NCBI GenBank assembly: GCA_964016885.1
Contig: OZ024740.1
Span: forward strand, 276,334,001 to 276,398,000
From: Eledone cirrhosa
Taxonomy: Eukaryota
Direction: 5' to 3'
Length of the DNA stretch: 64,000 nt
Both the position numbers and the translations under genes were made by a program. The notes under the pieces were generated by a model. The model worked only from the letters and a program-made list of their open reading frames with translations, made no database searches and had not been told where the DNA came from. Positions 45,802 through 61,647 of this stretch are shown piece after piece. The first letter of the stretch is position 1, and the number at the start of each line of letters is the position of its first letter.

Positions 45802-46291
45802 TATATTATATATATATTGATAGTTTAATGCACTTTTTTCAGGAGACAAATGTAAAACTGAATACACAATAACAATCCAAGAAACTAACAAAAGAGATTG
45901 CAATACTACTATCTATGATGCACTCCCCCACCTGCCCACACTCTATGTCTTGCAAAAAATAATAAAATCAATGGAAGTCTTCTTGTGTTAAATGAAGAGC
46001 TGTTTCACAAAATACATATAGTGGCAGAAGAATGTAGCTATTGCTTTACTTTACTTTATAACTTCTATACATCCCATTGGACCTTTGAGTAAATGAAAAC
46101 ATGTATATGTGTGCGTATGTGTTTATCTATGAGATGTGTGCGTATGTGTTTGTGTATGAGTGTGTGTATGAGTATGTGTGTTGAGGGAGCTTCTATGGTC
46201 ATCACTAGTAGAATATCAACTTAATTCAGTCTAATAGTAATACTTTGTGAGTCATCTTTGAATGAGAGAGAGAGTGAGAGCGATGTAATCT

Positions 46292-47590
<1,299 letters not shown>

Positions 47591-49540
47591 TCAAAGATAT
47601 GAAGACAGGCAAGCAGCTGGGCCTTCGGCGATAGTTGCTGAGATGTTGAAGGCGTCTGGAATGGTGGGACATACTATGGTCATCCGTATAGTTAAGCAAG
47701 TAATACAGAATGGGGTCATACCAAAAGACTGGCGTAGCAACATCATCATTAACTGCTAAAAGGGTAAAGGAGATGCTCTAGAAAGAGGCAACTATAGAGG
47801 CATTAAGTTAGTTGACCAGGTCATGAAGGTCACAGAAAGAGTTATAGCGCAACTAACCAGAGAGCGAATTGATCTAGATGAAATGCAGTTTGGGTTTGTG
47901 TCAGGTAAAAGTACCACAGACGCTCTTTTCCTTGTACAACAACTACAAGAGAAGTACCTAGCTAAAAGTAAACCCCTCTACTTAGCTTTTGTAGACCTGG
48001 AAAAAGCCTTTGACAGAATCCCTCACTCCATTATCTGGTGGGCTCTTAGAATTTAGTGTAAAAGTTGGTGTTCACCAAGGGTCTGTCCTTAGCCCCATCC
48101 TATTTATTATTGCCCTTCAGACTATAACAGAGGAGTTCAAGACCGGCTGCCCATGGAAACTCCTATACGCAGATGATCTAACATTCAGCTGAACTAGAAA
48201 AGAAATGGCTGAACTAGAAAAGAAATTCCAAACATGGAAGCATGGCCTAGAATCAAAAGGCCTTAAAGTTAACTTGTCTAAGACTAAAGTCCTAGTTTGT
48301 AGAAAGGAAAATAAGGCACAGGTACCCTCAGGGAACTGGCCTTGTTCATTGTGTAGGAAAGGAGTAGGCAGAAATTCAATTTTATGTCCCAAATGCTATG
48401 TATGGGTACATAAAAGATGTAATGGGATCACAGGTAAACTATCTAAGAACGTAGACTTAATATGTGGCCGATGCTCAGGTGCAATAGGTAGCAAGTGTTC
48501 ACAGGATACTAGCCCCTTCTATTGCCCAGATGGTTCTATAGAAATAGTAGACACTTTCCGTTACCTGGGTGACAAAATCAGCAGTAGTGGAGGGTGTTCT
48601 GAAAGTACAGTAGCCAGAGTCAGAACGGGATGGAAAAAGTTCAGAGAGCTTATACCGCTCTTGGCTACAAAAGGTTTCTCTCTAAAAATGAAAGGCTGAT
48701 TGTATGATGCCTGTATACGAACAGCAATGTTACATGGCAGTGAGACATGGGCATTGCATGCAGAGGACCTGTGTAGACTGGAAAGGAACGAAGCATGCAT
48801 GCTCCGTCAGATGTGTAATAGTAATATATGTGAACGGCAAAGCATAAATGAACTAAGTGAGAAATTAGGAATAAGAGGAATCAGATGCTGTTTACTTGAG
48901 AGAAGACTACGTTGGTAAGGCCACGTGATGCGCATGAAAGACGACAGCTGTATAAAAAAGTGCAGGGCGATCAAAATTGATGGTAGTTACGGAGTAGGTA
49001 GACCCAGAAAAAAAACCTGGGACGATCTGATAAATTCCGACCTAACACACTTGCACCTTTCCAAGACAATGTCACTGGACCAAGATCTTTGGCGCTATGC
49101 AGTAATACAGAAGACCCGCCTTGCCTATGTACAAAGCGAAACCTACAGTCAGTAGGCACCTCTTAACCAAATATACACCCCAATCCACTACCTCTACTCT
49201 GTCCTCCCACTCCCACCAACACCACCCTCTCTCTATAAAGTTGGTACCACAACATCCAGTCTAAATAAATGAGATAAATGAGATCGAGATCGTGTAGGTG
49301 TCACGAGAAAAAAACACAGTCAACGCTGTAATGTGGCCACGTAGGTAACACGATAAAAAGTTCCCAGTTCCACACTGTAAATGTGGTTGGTGTTAGGAAG
49401 GGCAACCAGCCATAGAAAACCTGCCAGATAGTCCTATATGAGCGAGACATGGTCACCCGACTAACCTTGCCTCAAGTGGGACAACTCCCGTCTAACCCAT
49501 GCTAGCATCGAAAATGGACGTTAAACGAAGATGATGATGA
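47591..49540 (+). mobile_element. 5'-truncated RTE-clade LINE (RT pseudogene, 3' UTR, GAT tail)
   Basis: KGDALERGNYRGIKL, QFGF..GKSTTDA, AFVDLEKAFDRI, GVHQGSVLSPILF, LLYADDL, FRYLGD, MLHGSETW, RLRW*GHV, GRPRKKTW. Stops at 47757, 48697 and 48916; internal deletion at ~48050; 3' UTR ends GGACGTTAAACGAAGATGATGATGA. Confidence 0.93.
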
Positions 49541-49984
49541 TATATATATATATACACACACACACACAAATATGCACAAATACATTTCTTTAATAAGTGT
49601 GTACATCTATTCATCATCATCATTGAACGTTTATTCACCCTGCTACCTACTAGCAAGGGTTGAATGGGTTTTCACTGACCAAATCAGTAGTTAATGAGAA
49701 CTATTGACCTCTCAGATTGACTGGTGATGGAGGGAGAGGGACATCTTGTTTGTATATGTTCCCACCCATTCTATTGCATAGAGGATCATAAGTAAATCAT
49801 GGTTGCATGAAGAGTGTAGTGAGGGATGGGCCATGCATCTGAGAGAGAAGTGCTTGGCTGTTGACAGTGATACTAGCTCCCTTTTAGCTCATTCTTACTT
49901 TGGCTACAACAATTTCACTGCTGATTAGGTCACCTAAGAAACAAAAGAAGTCCACAATTTCTAGGGAGCCCCTTTGGCAGTTAG

Positions 49985-50430
49985 GCACTTTATTTTGTGT
50001 GTGTTCTTAATGCTTATTTCCCTTCACATCTGTTGCATACAAAGTCTAGCTTCTCTGTTAATTTGCCCGTAATTCCACTACATCTCATGTACATCCATCA
50101 ATTATACATTGTGCACTTTATGAAGTTTCTGCTCACCTCTTTTTGACATTTCCCAGATGATATCAAAGTCCTGTTGTCTTTCCTACTTATTAGGTCTTCA
50201 GTTTTTACTAAGTTTACTTTTAGGCCTTTTGATTCAGATGTTTCTTTCATGTCTGGAATTTCACCTCTTAACTCTTACATGGATTAGCTATAAGGACAGA
50301 CAAGATCATCAATATTCAGGAGCATAAAAGGGTAGCCAGTATTAAACTCCTCTGTTATGGCCTGAAAAACAATTATGAACAGAAGTAGACTGATGACTGA
50401 GCTCTGATAGATCTGTACTTGCACTTCAAA
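49985..50430 (-). mobile_element. Older degenerate RTE fragment of the same family, inverted
   Basis: Minus translation QAITEEFNTGYP..DDL..ESKGLKVNLVKT..RCSGITGKLTEKLDFVCNRCEG parallels 48060-48490. Confidence 0.75.
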
Positions 50431-53400
50431 TTTGCCACTATATTCATTAGGACATGACTATACAGCTATATATGTGTGCCTATATAACTATATTTTCTGG
50501 ATATATGGCATGTGTAGTGCATAAGCACACACGTACATACACACACATATTTGCATACTTGTGAAAAATACATTTATACAGAAAAACAACAAAATATACA
50601 CAGATTTACAGACACACATATACACCATTCATACTTTTACAGCAGGCATGTTGTGAGGAATCTGAATACTTTTATATTTTATTTCTATGCTCTCTGGAAC
50701 TATTTCCTTCCCCACTTGTAACACTGAAGTATGTTTCTCATTATTTGTTTATTCAACATGTCTATTTTTCATATGGTCATCATTTTTGTCATTTCAAATT
50801 TTCAACATTGTATAACATTTTTTTTTTGTATTTAAAAACATAGTGAACTATGTTTTCGCTTTCTTGTGCCAAAAGTAGAAACAATTATTTTTTAAATCTT
50901 ATATTATTGTATAGGTACTTACACCATCACTATCATAGCATCACCATAATTTGTTTTTAATATTTTAATCTTTTTCAACACATATGTACAGAAACTTACA
51001 CATTCATGTACATATATATATATATGTCTTTATGCATGTATGATATATAACTGTTTGTATGCATATATATATATATGTGTGTGTGTATGAATATATGTAT
51101 GTATGTATGTATATATATATGTCTGTGTGTGGTGTGTATGTGTATGAATATATGTATATATAAATATGTGGGTGTGTATATATATAACATAATTTAAATT
51201 CTTCCATTTTAGAATTAACATGTAAGACACATTATCAAATTTGTATTATCCTTTCCACATTTTCATTGAGAGACAAAAGCCTACTGTTGGAAATGTGAAA
51301 TTCTAAACCACACTAAACCAATTTTCATGAACGAAAATGTCAAACTTTTTCAACTTTAAAAAAAATTTTTTTTTGAGCAATTCAGGAATTTAGAAAAAAA
51401 ATGTCTTTTTCTTTTTTTTTCTTTCTTTTATGCATGTCTTTTTTCTATGTCACCATCAGTAGGGCAATTTGGATTTAGCAAAATCTGGACATTTGTTGAT
51501 TGTTTGAGAAAATGCTTTGTTCTCTTGGATACTCTGTCGTATGGTTAACCACTTAACTAAGGAATACAAGTACTTGTAGTGTTTGTTCCAACTCTTTTTA
51601 TTCTGAGTTCAAATCCCGCTGTGGTAGACTTGGGTGGTAGACTTAATTCATCACTTGATTTAACTCTGTCAGCTGGCATTTGGGTGCCTTTTAACAAGGT
51701 CCACACTTTTGTAAGCATTTGAGCCAGGTCTTACTACTGCAACAAATTTATTCAACTTGATCACAGCATTTGTCTTGATCCTGTATACTATTTGGGAGAT
51801 CAAGAGATCAAGCATCCCATGTATTTACATAGCTGGTTCATGAAGGTTTTTGCTGGATGACTGACCTGTGTAATTCCATGTCAAAATAACCATAGAAGTG
51901 TCTCACTAATGAGTTTTTATTTAACCCCACACCCAGGAATATCTTGCTAAGTACTTACATCATGCTCTAATGACATCAGCTCAGCCTTTAAAGTGGTTCT
52001 ATTAAATTCTACACAAATTCAAAATCTTAAGCTCTTTGACAAAGAAGATTGTAATATTTAAAATGTGTGAGATAAAATGCATTAGTTTCAGTCAACAAAA
52101 TATCTCATACTACCTATACACTTATTATATAACTAATTTTTTCTATTGTTTCTTTAAACTTGTATTGATACTATATAAAGCTATTCTCAGAAAGGAACAC
52201 TATCTGTCAAAGAAATAAATTTTCTTTATAGTTTCATATCATTCACATTTATTCCTACCAATCTTTGATTCAATATTTTCAACATATGGAGACAAATTGA
52301 CTGAGTCCTTAAAAGCCTTGAGGTATGTGTTCCAACTTTCTGTGCTCTGAGGTCAATTCTCACTCAAGTTAACTTTGTCTTTCATTTTTTCAGCATTGAT
52401 AAATAAATTACTAGTCTTGGGTGGTAATCAGAGGAATTCTTAGAGGAGCTGTTACTGTGTTGGACAGGATTCCTCATGTATCTGTTCTGGTTCTATGTTG
52501 TCTGAGTTCTAAACCCACCTCTTGTTACTGGGAAAATGATAACATGATAGGTCTGAGTCCTCCATCATTAAAATATTGCTGGCAGGGAAAGCAGGTCTTA
52601 AACAATGATGTTAATGATGATGATAAAAGCTCCTATAGAGATCAGGATTAAACCTATGCTGGTGTGAGTTGTAACAACAACAACAACAACTTCATTATAG
52701 CTGCTAGCTACAAACTGAGTTACATAAAAGTTTTCAGTTGAAAATGAACCAACTTTAGAAATCAGATGAAAATTCAAGAAAGTCTTCTTTTTTGTCTTTT
52801 TTTTCCTAAGTCTCCATGATTGACTAAACTTACAGAATCTGTAAATTACAACCTAAGAAGTTAATTGTCTTCATTTACTCTTTATACAATCAGGCTGTTA
52901 TTCAAGGATAGTGCTTAAGCTTCTTTTTAATCTCAGTGCCCCAAGGTTTACAAATGTAAACCTGTATAGATTTATACTTATTAGTAGTCAATACTGCTAT
53001 GCCTCTTAGTTAATGTTTCTACTGGCAGTCTTTTACTCAGTTAGCTTCTGCCAGGCATGATGTTTAGAGTCAATTAGATAGCCACCTTCACCTTAATTTT
53101 TCTATAACTGGGAAGATTGTTTCCCTTTTCTTAACCTATCTATCTGTCTGTCTCTCTGTCTGTTTTTCTGTCTGTCTGTCTATTCATCCCTCCATCTCCC
53201 AGACCCCCTATCTATCTATTTATCCATCCATCCATATATATATGTGTGTGTATCTATTTATATTGAGAGCATGTATATATGTATGTATCTGTGCCTTTGA
53301 GAAAATGAAAAACAGATTCTATTTATGGCAAGACTGAATGTAGTTTAGCATTTTTGGAATAGTTAGTATCTAAACATTGCAGCAGATTACCTAGACTTTG

Positions 53401-53589
53401 TCTTTAATTTTTACCTTTTTTATTATTATTTTTACCATTTCAGCTATATCTACTACGATAATATATTTACAACAATGTTGACCTTTTCATTACCATAATT
53501 CTAATGAAAAACAGGATTTTCAAATCATTTTGAAAATAATCAAAAATTTGGAGAAATTTAGTAAAATAACTGACTATCATTATTTACCT

Positions 53590-53985
53590 GTTATTGGCAG
53601 TATCGGTAGAGGGTCAGACACCATGCTTTCCAGCATAGTTACGTCCCTTTACGATCTGAGTTCAAATCCCGCCGAGGTTGACTTTGCCTTTCATCCTTAC
53701 GAGGTCGATAAAATAAAGTACCAGTAATGCACTGGGATAATTGATGGCCTTGTGCCAAAAGTAGAAACAATTATTTACCTGCTAAGGGTGGTGAATTGGC
53801 AGTATCGGTAGAGGGTCGGACGCCATGGTTTGCAGCATAGAGTTACGACCCTTTATGATCTGAGTTCAAATCCCGCCAAGGTTAACTTTTCCTTTCATCC
53901 TTACGGGGTCGATAAAATAAAGTACCAGCAATGCACTGGGATAATTGCTGGCCTTGTGCCAAAAGTAGAAATAATTATTTACCTG
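53590..53985 (+). mobile_element. Two tandem family-A SINEs
   Basis: Near-consensus; ATTATTTACCTG before, between and after the copies. Confidence 0.88.
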
Positions 53986-54708
53986 GTATTTGGATCATAA
54001 CTTAACACAGTGAAACTTTTTTTTTAAATGAAAATTTTTTTTAATCATTGAACTAGGGATGTTTCTGGCTGTTTGAAATATGAAGGATTAGGATTGAGAG
54101 ATGTTTTTTTTTTCTTTCTTTAGTAAACTTTATACAATATCCTTTGATTCTTTAGCATATTTTCTTGCCCACAACTCTGTTAGAATGCAGTAGTAATCAA
54201 ACATGTTCTCTTTTCTACATTACTACATAACCTTTGCAAAGCTTGAAGGACACACTGTGTCAGCTAGTTCTAAATTGTATATCATTACATATAAGACTGT
54301 TCATGGTGAAAAACTCTGAAGCTAGTCATTTCAGCGTTTCTTCATTATCATATTATTTATTTTTATTTTTTTAGCTGCAGGGCTTTTTCTAAATCTAGAA
54401 GATTGGGCTATTGGGCTGAATTACTGACCAAAATCACCTTACATGGTCAGTGGCTCATACCATATTGACCTACCTCAGAACAGACCATTCATTCTTCTCC
54501 CTGAAATTATAGCTCATCGAATAAATAGAATTACTGGTTTTATTTCTTGTTAGCAAGACATTTAAAGGAAACTTTTAGTTATCTAACAACTGGCCCTGTA
54601 GGGTAACATTATACACATATACGCATGTGCACAATCACACACACACAAACATATATTTATATATCTCTCTTTCCTTTTCTCACTATATCTCTCAATATAT
54701 TTACAGAC

Positions 54709-54786
<78 letters not shown>

Positions 54787-54862
54787 TGTGTATATATATG
54801 TATATATGAATACACACACACATATATATATATACATGTATATATATTCATACATATATATA

Positions 54863-54910
<48 letters not shown>

Positions 54911-55637
54911 TGCTTTCTGGTATCCTGGATGTTTAAGAGTACTATATTTTGCTTTTATGTTGCAATTTTGACATGGCCTCTATGGCTGGATGCCCTTCCT
55001 AACACTAACCCTATTAGAAATTGTAGTTGGTGCATTATATCTTGGCACCAGCACTTGAGAGGTTATCATCATAAAACTGCCATGTCTAAAGAGTTCTCTC
55101 TTTCCTATTTCCATGCAGTGTTTATGTATATTCATACAATATATGGATTATTTGCCCCACACTTTAGCAAAAAAACTATGCTTTCACTTTAAACTAAAAG
55201 AATTTAAAAACTGTAAAACAGTATTATCTATCTATATATATGAATTAATATAGTTAATAGGGAGCATTGTAAGAAATGTAATGAAAGACTGATAAGTTTC
55301 AAAATGCTGGTACAATGCTGTAAAAAATATAGAGGGCAAATGGTGATAAATAAAACAAAATAAAGTAATATTTTACCTAGTATATTTCAACGTGATATTT
55401 CAGAACTATACACTCTTTTCTAATGTGGAGTTGAAACAGTTAGAAACATCAACATTTATTAACCATGAAATATAGTCAAATAAGTTGGGTGTATAAACCC
55501 AACTTAGATTATTCTCCAGGGTATATATACCCACTATATCAAACTATTTTTTATATTCAATAAATGTTGATGTTTTTAACTTAGAAATTCAAACTTCCTA
55601 TTGCTCAACAGTTCTAAAAATAGATTGTTTATGTATG

Positions 55638-55710
<73 letters not shown>

Positions 55711-56059
55711 GTGTGTGTGTTTGAATAATAGGCACACAGGCACATACATATATATATGTATGCATATGTCTAGGTTTTCTTTGACGTAACTGTATTTTAT
55801 CTGTCATGGATTATATCATTTTATATATTTGTGTGTATGTGTGTAATTTGCTTTTAAAGGATGTTCCTTAACCATTCTGAAAATTATCGTTGATTTAATC
55901 CACAATTTCCCCTCCTCCTTTAACTTATGATGCATGAAATCATCTCCCTCTCCCCATCTTGAAGGTAACAATCCATGAAAAGGCCTGCCTGGGGGAGAAG
56001 CTACATTCTTCACAACTAATTCATAATGGCAGTTGTAGATGCTTCTGGAACTGACAGCT

Positions 56060-56106
<47 letters not shown>

Positions 56107-56112
56107 TTACCA

Positions 56113-56153
<41 letters not shown>

Positions 56154-56404
56154 AGTACATGTATATATTTATACAGTCACACATACATATAGGAGGCAAA
56201 TTGGCAGTTAGAACATCAGATGCAATGCTCTACGGTATTTGCTCTTTCAATTCAAATCCTGCAGAGGTCAACTTTGCCTTTCAGCCTTTGAAGGTCATTA
56301 AAAAAATTACCAGTCCAATATTGGAGTCAAATCTCCCTCTGTATCTCTTCTTCAGTTTCTCTCTATCACTCACACACACACTGTGTCTCTCACTCTTTCT
56401 TTGG

Positions 56405-56520
56405 GAAAAATCAGCTGTGTTCAAACATCTTGAGGAGTTGGACCCCACCAGGTTTAAAAGAAATACCCAAGAAGCTCTGTATATTTCTACAGTGCCCTTA
56501 AAGTCCCACCAGGAGTTATG
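56405..56520 (+). mobile_element. Possible remnant of a second PLE GIY-YIG C-terminus
   Basis: KSAVFKHL..RFKRNTQEALYI resembles the SAVxxH and RxxxEAxxI motifs of Penelope endonucleases. Confidence 0.4.
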
Positions 56521-56535
56521 GGTCCATACCATCTG

Positions 56536-56580
<45 letters not shown>

Positions 56581-56633
56581 GATAGCGTGGAAGATGGATG
56601 TTAAACGAAGATGATGATGATATATATATATAC

Positions 56634-56679
<46 letters not shown>

Positions 56680-57234
56680 ATGTATGTATATATATATTAA
56701 CATATATATATATATTATTAACACACACACACACACATATATATATATTTATATATATATATATACATATATATATATGTGTGTGTATAGAATAAGGAAA
56801 ATGTGAAATTCAGTGTAGATATTAAAAAGTCCTTTATTAACAAAGCTATGATACATATTTCAATGGTGATCATGGCTACGTGATTATTCAATCATATGAC
56901 CAGTCATGTGATATCACCAGACAGAATCTTATGTAATAATGTTACATTTCTGAGGCAATTCAATCCAAAGGCAAGGGAATGGAGAGCAATGATGTTTTCA
57001 TAGCCAAAGGCTCTCCATCACTGACTGACAAATCATATTTTGAAGAAAATACATGATGTTGAGTGCTTAAATCGAATTGCATCATTATTCACTGATTGGT
57101 GTATTGTATATATTAGTCAATATGTTTACCATAGGCCTATATATATATATATATATATGTTTACCATAGGCCTATATATATATGTTTGCCATAGGCCAAT
57201 ATATATATGTTTACCATAGGCCTATATATATAAT

Positions 57235-57745
<511 letters not shown>

Positions 57746-57762
57746 CAGTTGCAAGAGTGGGA

Positions 57763-57817
57763 GGGATCATCCTGATGAGAACCAGTTCAGTTTGAAATGC
57801 GCATAGACAATTGTCCC
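57763..57817 (+). ncRNA. Minimal hammerhead ribozyme motif with CpG decay
   Basis: ATCATC-CTGATGA-GAAC CAGTTCA GTTT-GAAAT-GCGC-ATA-GACAAT: canonical core, palindromic ATGCGCAT, outer GGGA/TCCC pairing. Confidence 0.7.
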
Positions 57818-58732
57818 CCTTGTTTCTGCTGGACACCGCCTGACAGTGTTAGCCGCTGGTGTTTTGGCATAGCTACGGCTCTCTAAATGTTTACTTTAAA
57901 CATACCATATTTCTTTAGAAATACAAAATTCCGATACCCCCCCCCCCCCCCCCCCATATATATATACACATATATATACACCTCTACCCTACTATATATA
58001 TCTTACAAAAATGCTCTGATGTTTGACATGTTTTGAAAAATGACTTTTATTTAAAACATAAAACCTACTTATATATACTCTGCCTAAGCTTTCTACTTTA
58101 CCCCCCTTTCCCTTTCTTCTCTAAATAGTAGTTTATTTAAAATAAAATTAAATGGTCAGTTCACTAATGACCACTGAGTTAAAAATGAAACAGAATATCT
58201 TTCTATGTGAAGGCAATGCTTTCATATATTATCCTCTCTCCTGCCGTCTTACGTTTTGTTTGTATTTTTCTGTTATTATATTTTACCATGAAGGCTAATT
58301 ATTTCACATTTAATTGGCATTGCTTTCTTCAATCCTTGGCTGATATATCAATGATCTGTTTATTTGCTTTCCATTTGATATATCATTTAATTCTAAATGT
58401 GTATTGCAGTATCTATGTTATGTATGCTCAATGTCTGTCTTCCAGTTAGCCTATTATCAATTTATTTAGCCTACATATAATGTCAAATTTATTTCAAAAT
58501 ATTCAAATATATTCCCAGGATAAAACTACATAAAACTACATAAAAATATTAAAGAATTGAATATTTAGTCAAACATATAGAAAAAGAAAGTAATATTGGA
58601 AAGGACTATAAATGCTATAAATGAGAGGAAAAGGAGGGAAAGAACAAGGATTATTAGGCAACGAAAGAAAGAAAAGAGGAGGGTGACAGACTCTACAACT
58701 ATTGTCAGCAAATTTTTTTTTTTTCATTTTTT

Positions 58733-59056
58733 CATTTTACGTCCGCTTTTCCCTGCTTGCAAGGGTGGGACGGGAACTGATTCTGACTTGATTTCTACAG
58801 CTGGATGCCCTTCCTAACACCAACCTCATTTACAGTGAGTGCTGGGTGCTTTTTTGCCGTGGCACCTCCACGACCACTTTGCAATGGAATGATAGGGACC
58901 CCAGTCCCTACCATCTCATTTCTACAGCTGAGTAAACTGGAGCAATGTGAAATAAAGTGTCTTGCTCAAGGAAACAACACATCACCTGGTCTGAGAATTG
59001 AACTCACAACCTTTCGATTGCAAGGCCAATGCTCTAACCACTAAGCCATGTGCCTT
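58733..59056 (-). mobile_element. Second near-identical family-B SINE
   Basis: Aligns by eye to 57248-57569 with few substitutions. Confidence 0.8.
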
Positions 59057-59520
59057 TTAACTTTTAACCAAATATACTTAGAAAGTTAGTCTACCATCTC
59101 ACACACACACGCACACACACACACACACTTAGTTTCCCTTTATTCTGCAAATAGATACAGCATTGCTGATTAGTTAAGAAGAATCATTTATTATCATAAG
59201 ATTTTGGTCTCATTACATGGCACCTTGAGCAGGTGTCTTTTACCATTATCTTGGGACAACTCAATCCTTGTAGGTGATATAGGGAGGTGGAAACTGTTTG
59301 GAACCCTGTTAAATTGACTGTACCTGTAACTCAAAAGGCCAGCAGTGTTACACACAGTATCACACTGAATCTCCCTGAGAATTATGTTAAGGGTACATGT
59401 GCCTGTGCAGTACTCAGCCACTTATACCCTTATTTAATGTATAGTCTGTTCTGTTGATCAAATCACTGGAACATTACTCATCAAAACTGACAGAGATACA
59501 TTTCTCTTATCTCTCCAAAT

Positions 59521-60011
59521 TACCATATGTACTCAAATATAAGCTGATCCTTATTTTGTTTGAGAAATAGGCAAAAATCCAAACCATTTATAAGTCAAGG
59601 CAGCTAATCAACACATGTTTAGATGGCACAGTTTTGAAATTCTCGTGACTAGAGAATATATTTATGAAGTTTTAAAATTTTAATACTTGAAATGTGTTAA
59701 CTGTTGTTTCGAGTATAGTTTCGGTTTCACAATCCTTTTTGTAATAATATTTTTTACCAATTTCCAACCGTTTTATTAAAATATATAAAAAAAACCGTTT
59801 TATTAAGATATATAAAAAAAAACTATAAACATTTTCACTTCAAAAGTGAAACCACTGCAAAAATATCTCCCAAACAAAAATAGTTTAGCACATCACTTAT
59901 GTAGAATTTGAAGTTGGTGAAAATCAACAAAATATTGATGTCGAACATAAGCCTGTTACTATCAAATATTTTGTCACATATTTCTCAGATTATGTTCAAG
60001 TATATACAGTA
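59521..60011. mobile_element. Degenerate Tc2/pogo-like non-autonomous DNA transposon
   Basis: TA|CCATATGTACTCAAATATAAGCTGA ... TCAGATTATGTTCAAGTATATACAG|TA imperfect TIRs. Confidence 0.5.
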
Positions 60012-61207
60012 ACTTAACTACTGATGATTTACGATTTTCCATAATATTAGCTAACTATCTTTTCGTTTATTAAGTAGGCTAACTATTCACCCGAAGTTAG
60101 TCTAATGTCTTTCAAGTAAAACTATGCTAAGAAAGATTTTGACTCACTATTCTTTATCATCTGAAGAGAACTCACATAAGAAAGTATTTGTTGATGGCAA
60201 GATACTTAACAAGTGAACTAACATTTTCTATCAATTCACTTGATGCTGTTCTTGTATTTTTTTTTTATTTTCCTTAAATTTTCTGTTATAAACATTTGCT
60301 TAATCTTGTCTCCTCTCTCTAACAACCAATCACAAGAGTTTCCACTGTATTCTTTTTACAGAGTTTGTGACCTTGCCTTCTATAATATATACTATGTTAG
60401 CATTCTTCAATAAACTGGAATTATGGTTGCTAGCCAAAACATTTTTTCTCCTTCTTTCTTCTCAGTCTTTTCGTTTTATTCCTCTATTTTATGTTTTATC
60501 TTTATACACCCGTCTCTTATTTTTTTTCTTTGCTTCCTTTTGTTGAATGAAGACCACCCTTCCATCAATGCTATCTAGATTCTTCTCATAGACATCAACT
60601 GAATCATTTTCCTCTGTTTTCGATTGTAAACCTTGTTTAGTTTACACAGCTCTCTTTCTCTCTCTGCCTCTCTCACTCTCTCTCCCCCACTCTCTCTCTC
60701 ACACTCTCTCTCTCTTACACACACACACTCTCTCTTTCTCACAAACTCTTTCTTTTTTTTCTCTTTCTCTCTTTTTCTATCTCTCTTTCTCTCTCACACA
60801 CACAAACTTTATCTCACTTTCTCTCACACACGCAAACTCTCTGCCACTGTCTGTCTCTCTCCCCCTCTCTCGCTTTCTCTCACACACTCTGTCCCTCTCC
60901 CTCTCTTCTATCACATACACACACACACTCTCTCTCTCACTTTCTTTGTTAGATATTTTCATGATAATTTTTTTCTAATTTTCTCTCTACTCTCCCATCT
61001 GTTTCTCTCTTCCTCTTCTTCTGTCTCCTTCTCTCTCACCCCCTCTCTCTCTCATTTTGTTTTTATTCTACTCAACTATTTCATAGCTGCCTCAAATCAG
61101 TCTCCTACAAAAAACCAAAACAACAAACAGTTCATGTGTTCTGACCACATTTATTTTCTTTGATGAGAGCTGAGTGATTTTAGTCTGTCTGTCAGTCTGT
61201 CTGTATG

Positions 61208-61239
<32 letters not shown>

Positions 61240-61429
61240 TGTATGTATGTATGTATGTATGTATGTATGTATGTATGTATGTATGTATCTCTTTGTCTCC
61301 TACATTTCGAAGAAGATTACCAACCAAACAAGTGTATAAACTGATAAACATTCAGTATATTAAAGGTGATGAATTTGAGTTGTCTTTACTTTCTTAGCTA
61401 ATATGATCAGAATAGCTTTAACTGAGGTG

Positions 61430-61647
61430 TATGAGGGTCAGCTGAAATGTTCATAGGCCGGAAACTTCATAAGCTGAGCAAGGTACTCTCATGGAATGAT
61501 CAAATGAGGTTTATTTTTCAACATAGTCTTTAGAAAGAATAATTGCAGTTGCTAATAAGAAGAGTTGAAATTAATGCATGCAAGATTTCACAGCTCTAGC
61601 ATCACTCCTTCATAGTCAGCCTATGAACCTTTCAGCTGACCCTTGTA
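61430..61647. mobile_element. Mariner-like MITE
   Basis: TA|TGAGGGTCAGCTGAAATGTTCATAGGC ... GCCTATGAACCTTTCAGCTGACCCTTG|TA. Confidence 0.8.

Noticed and set aside
56840-56930. Further hammerhead-like pattern on the minus strand (CTGGTGA ... TGAAATATGTATC)
   Set aside because: The core is mismatched and the stems are not convincingly paired; too degenerate to call.
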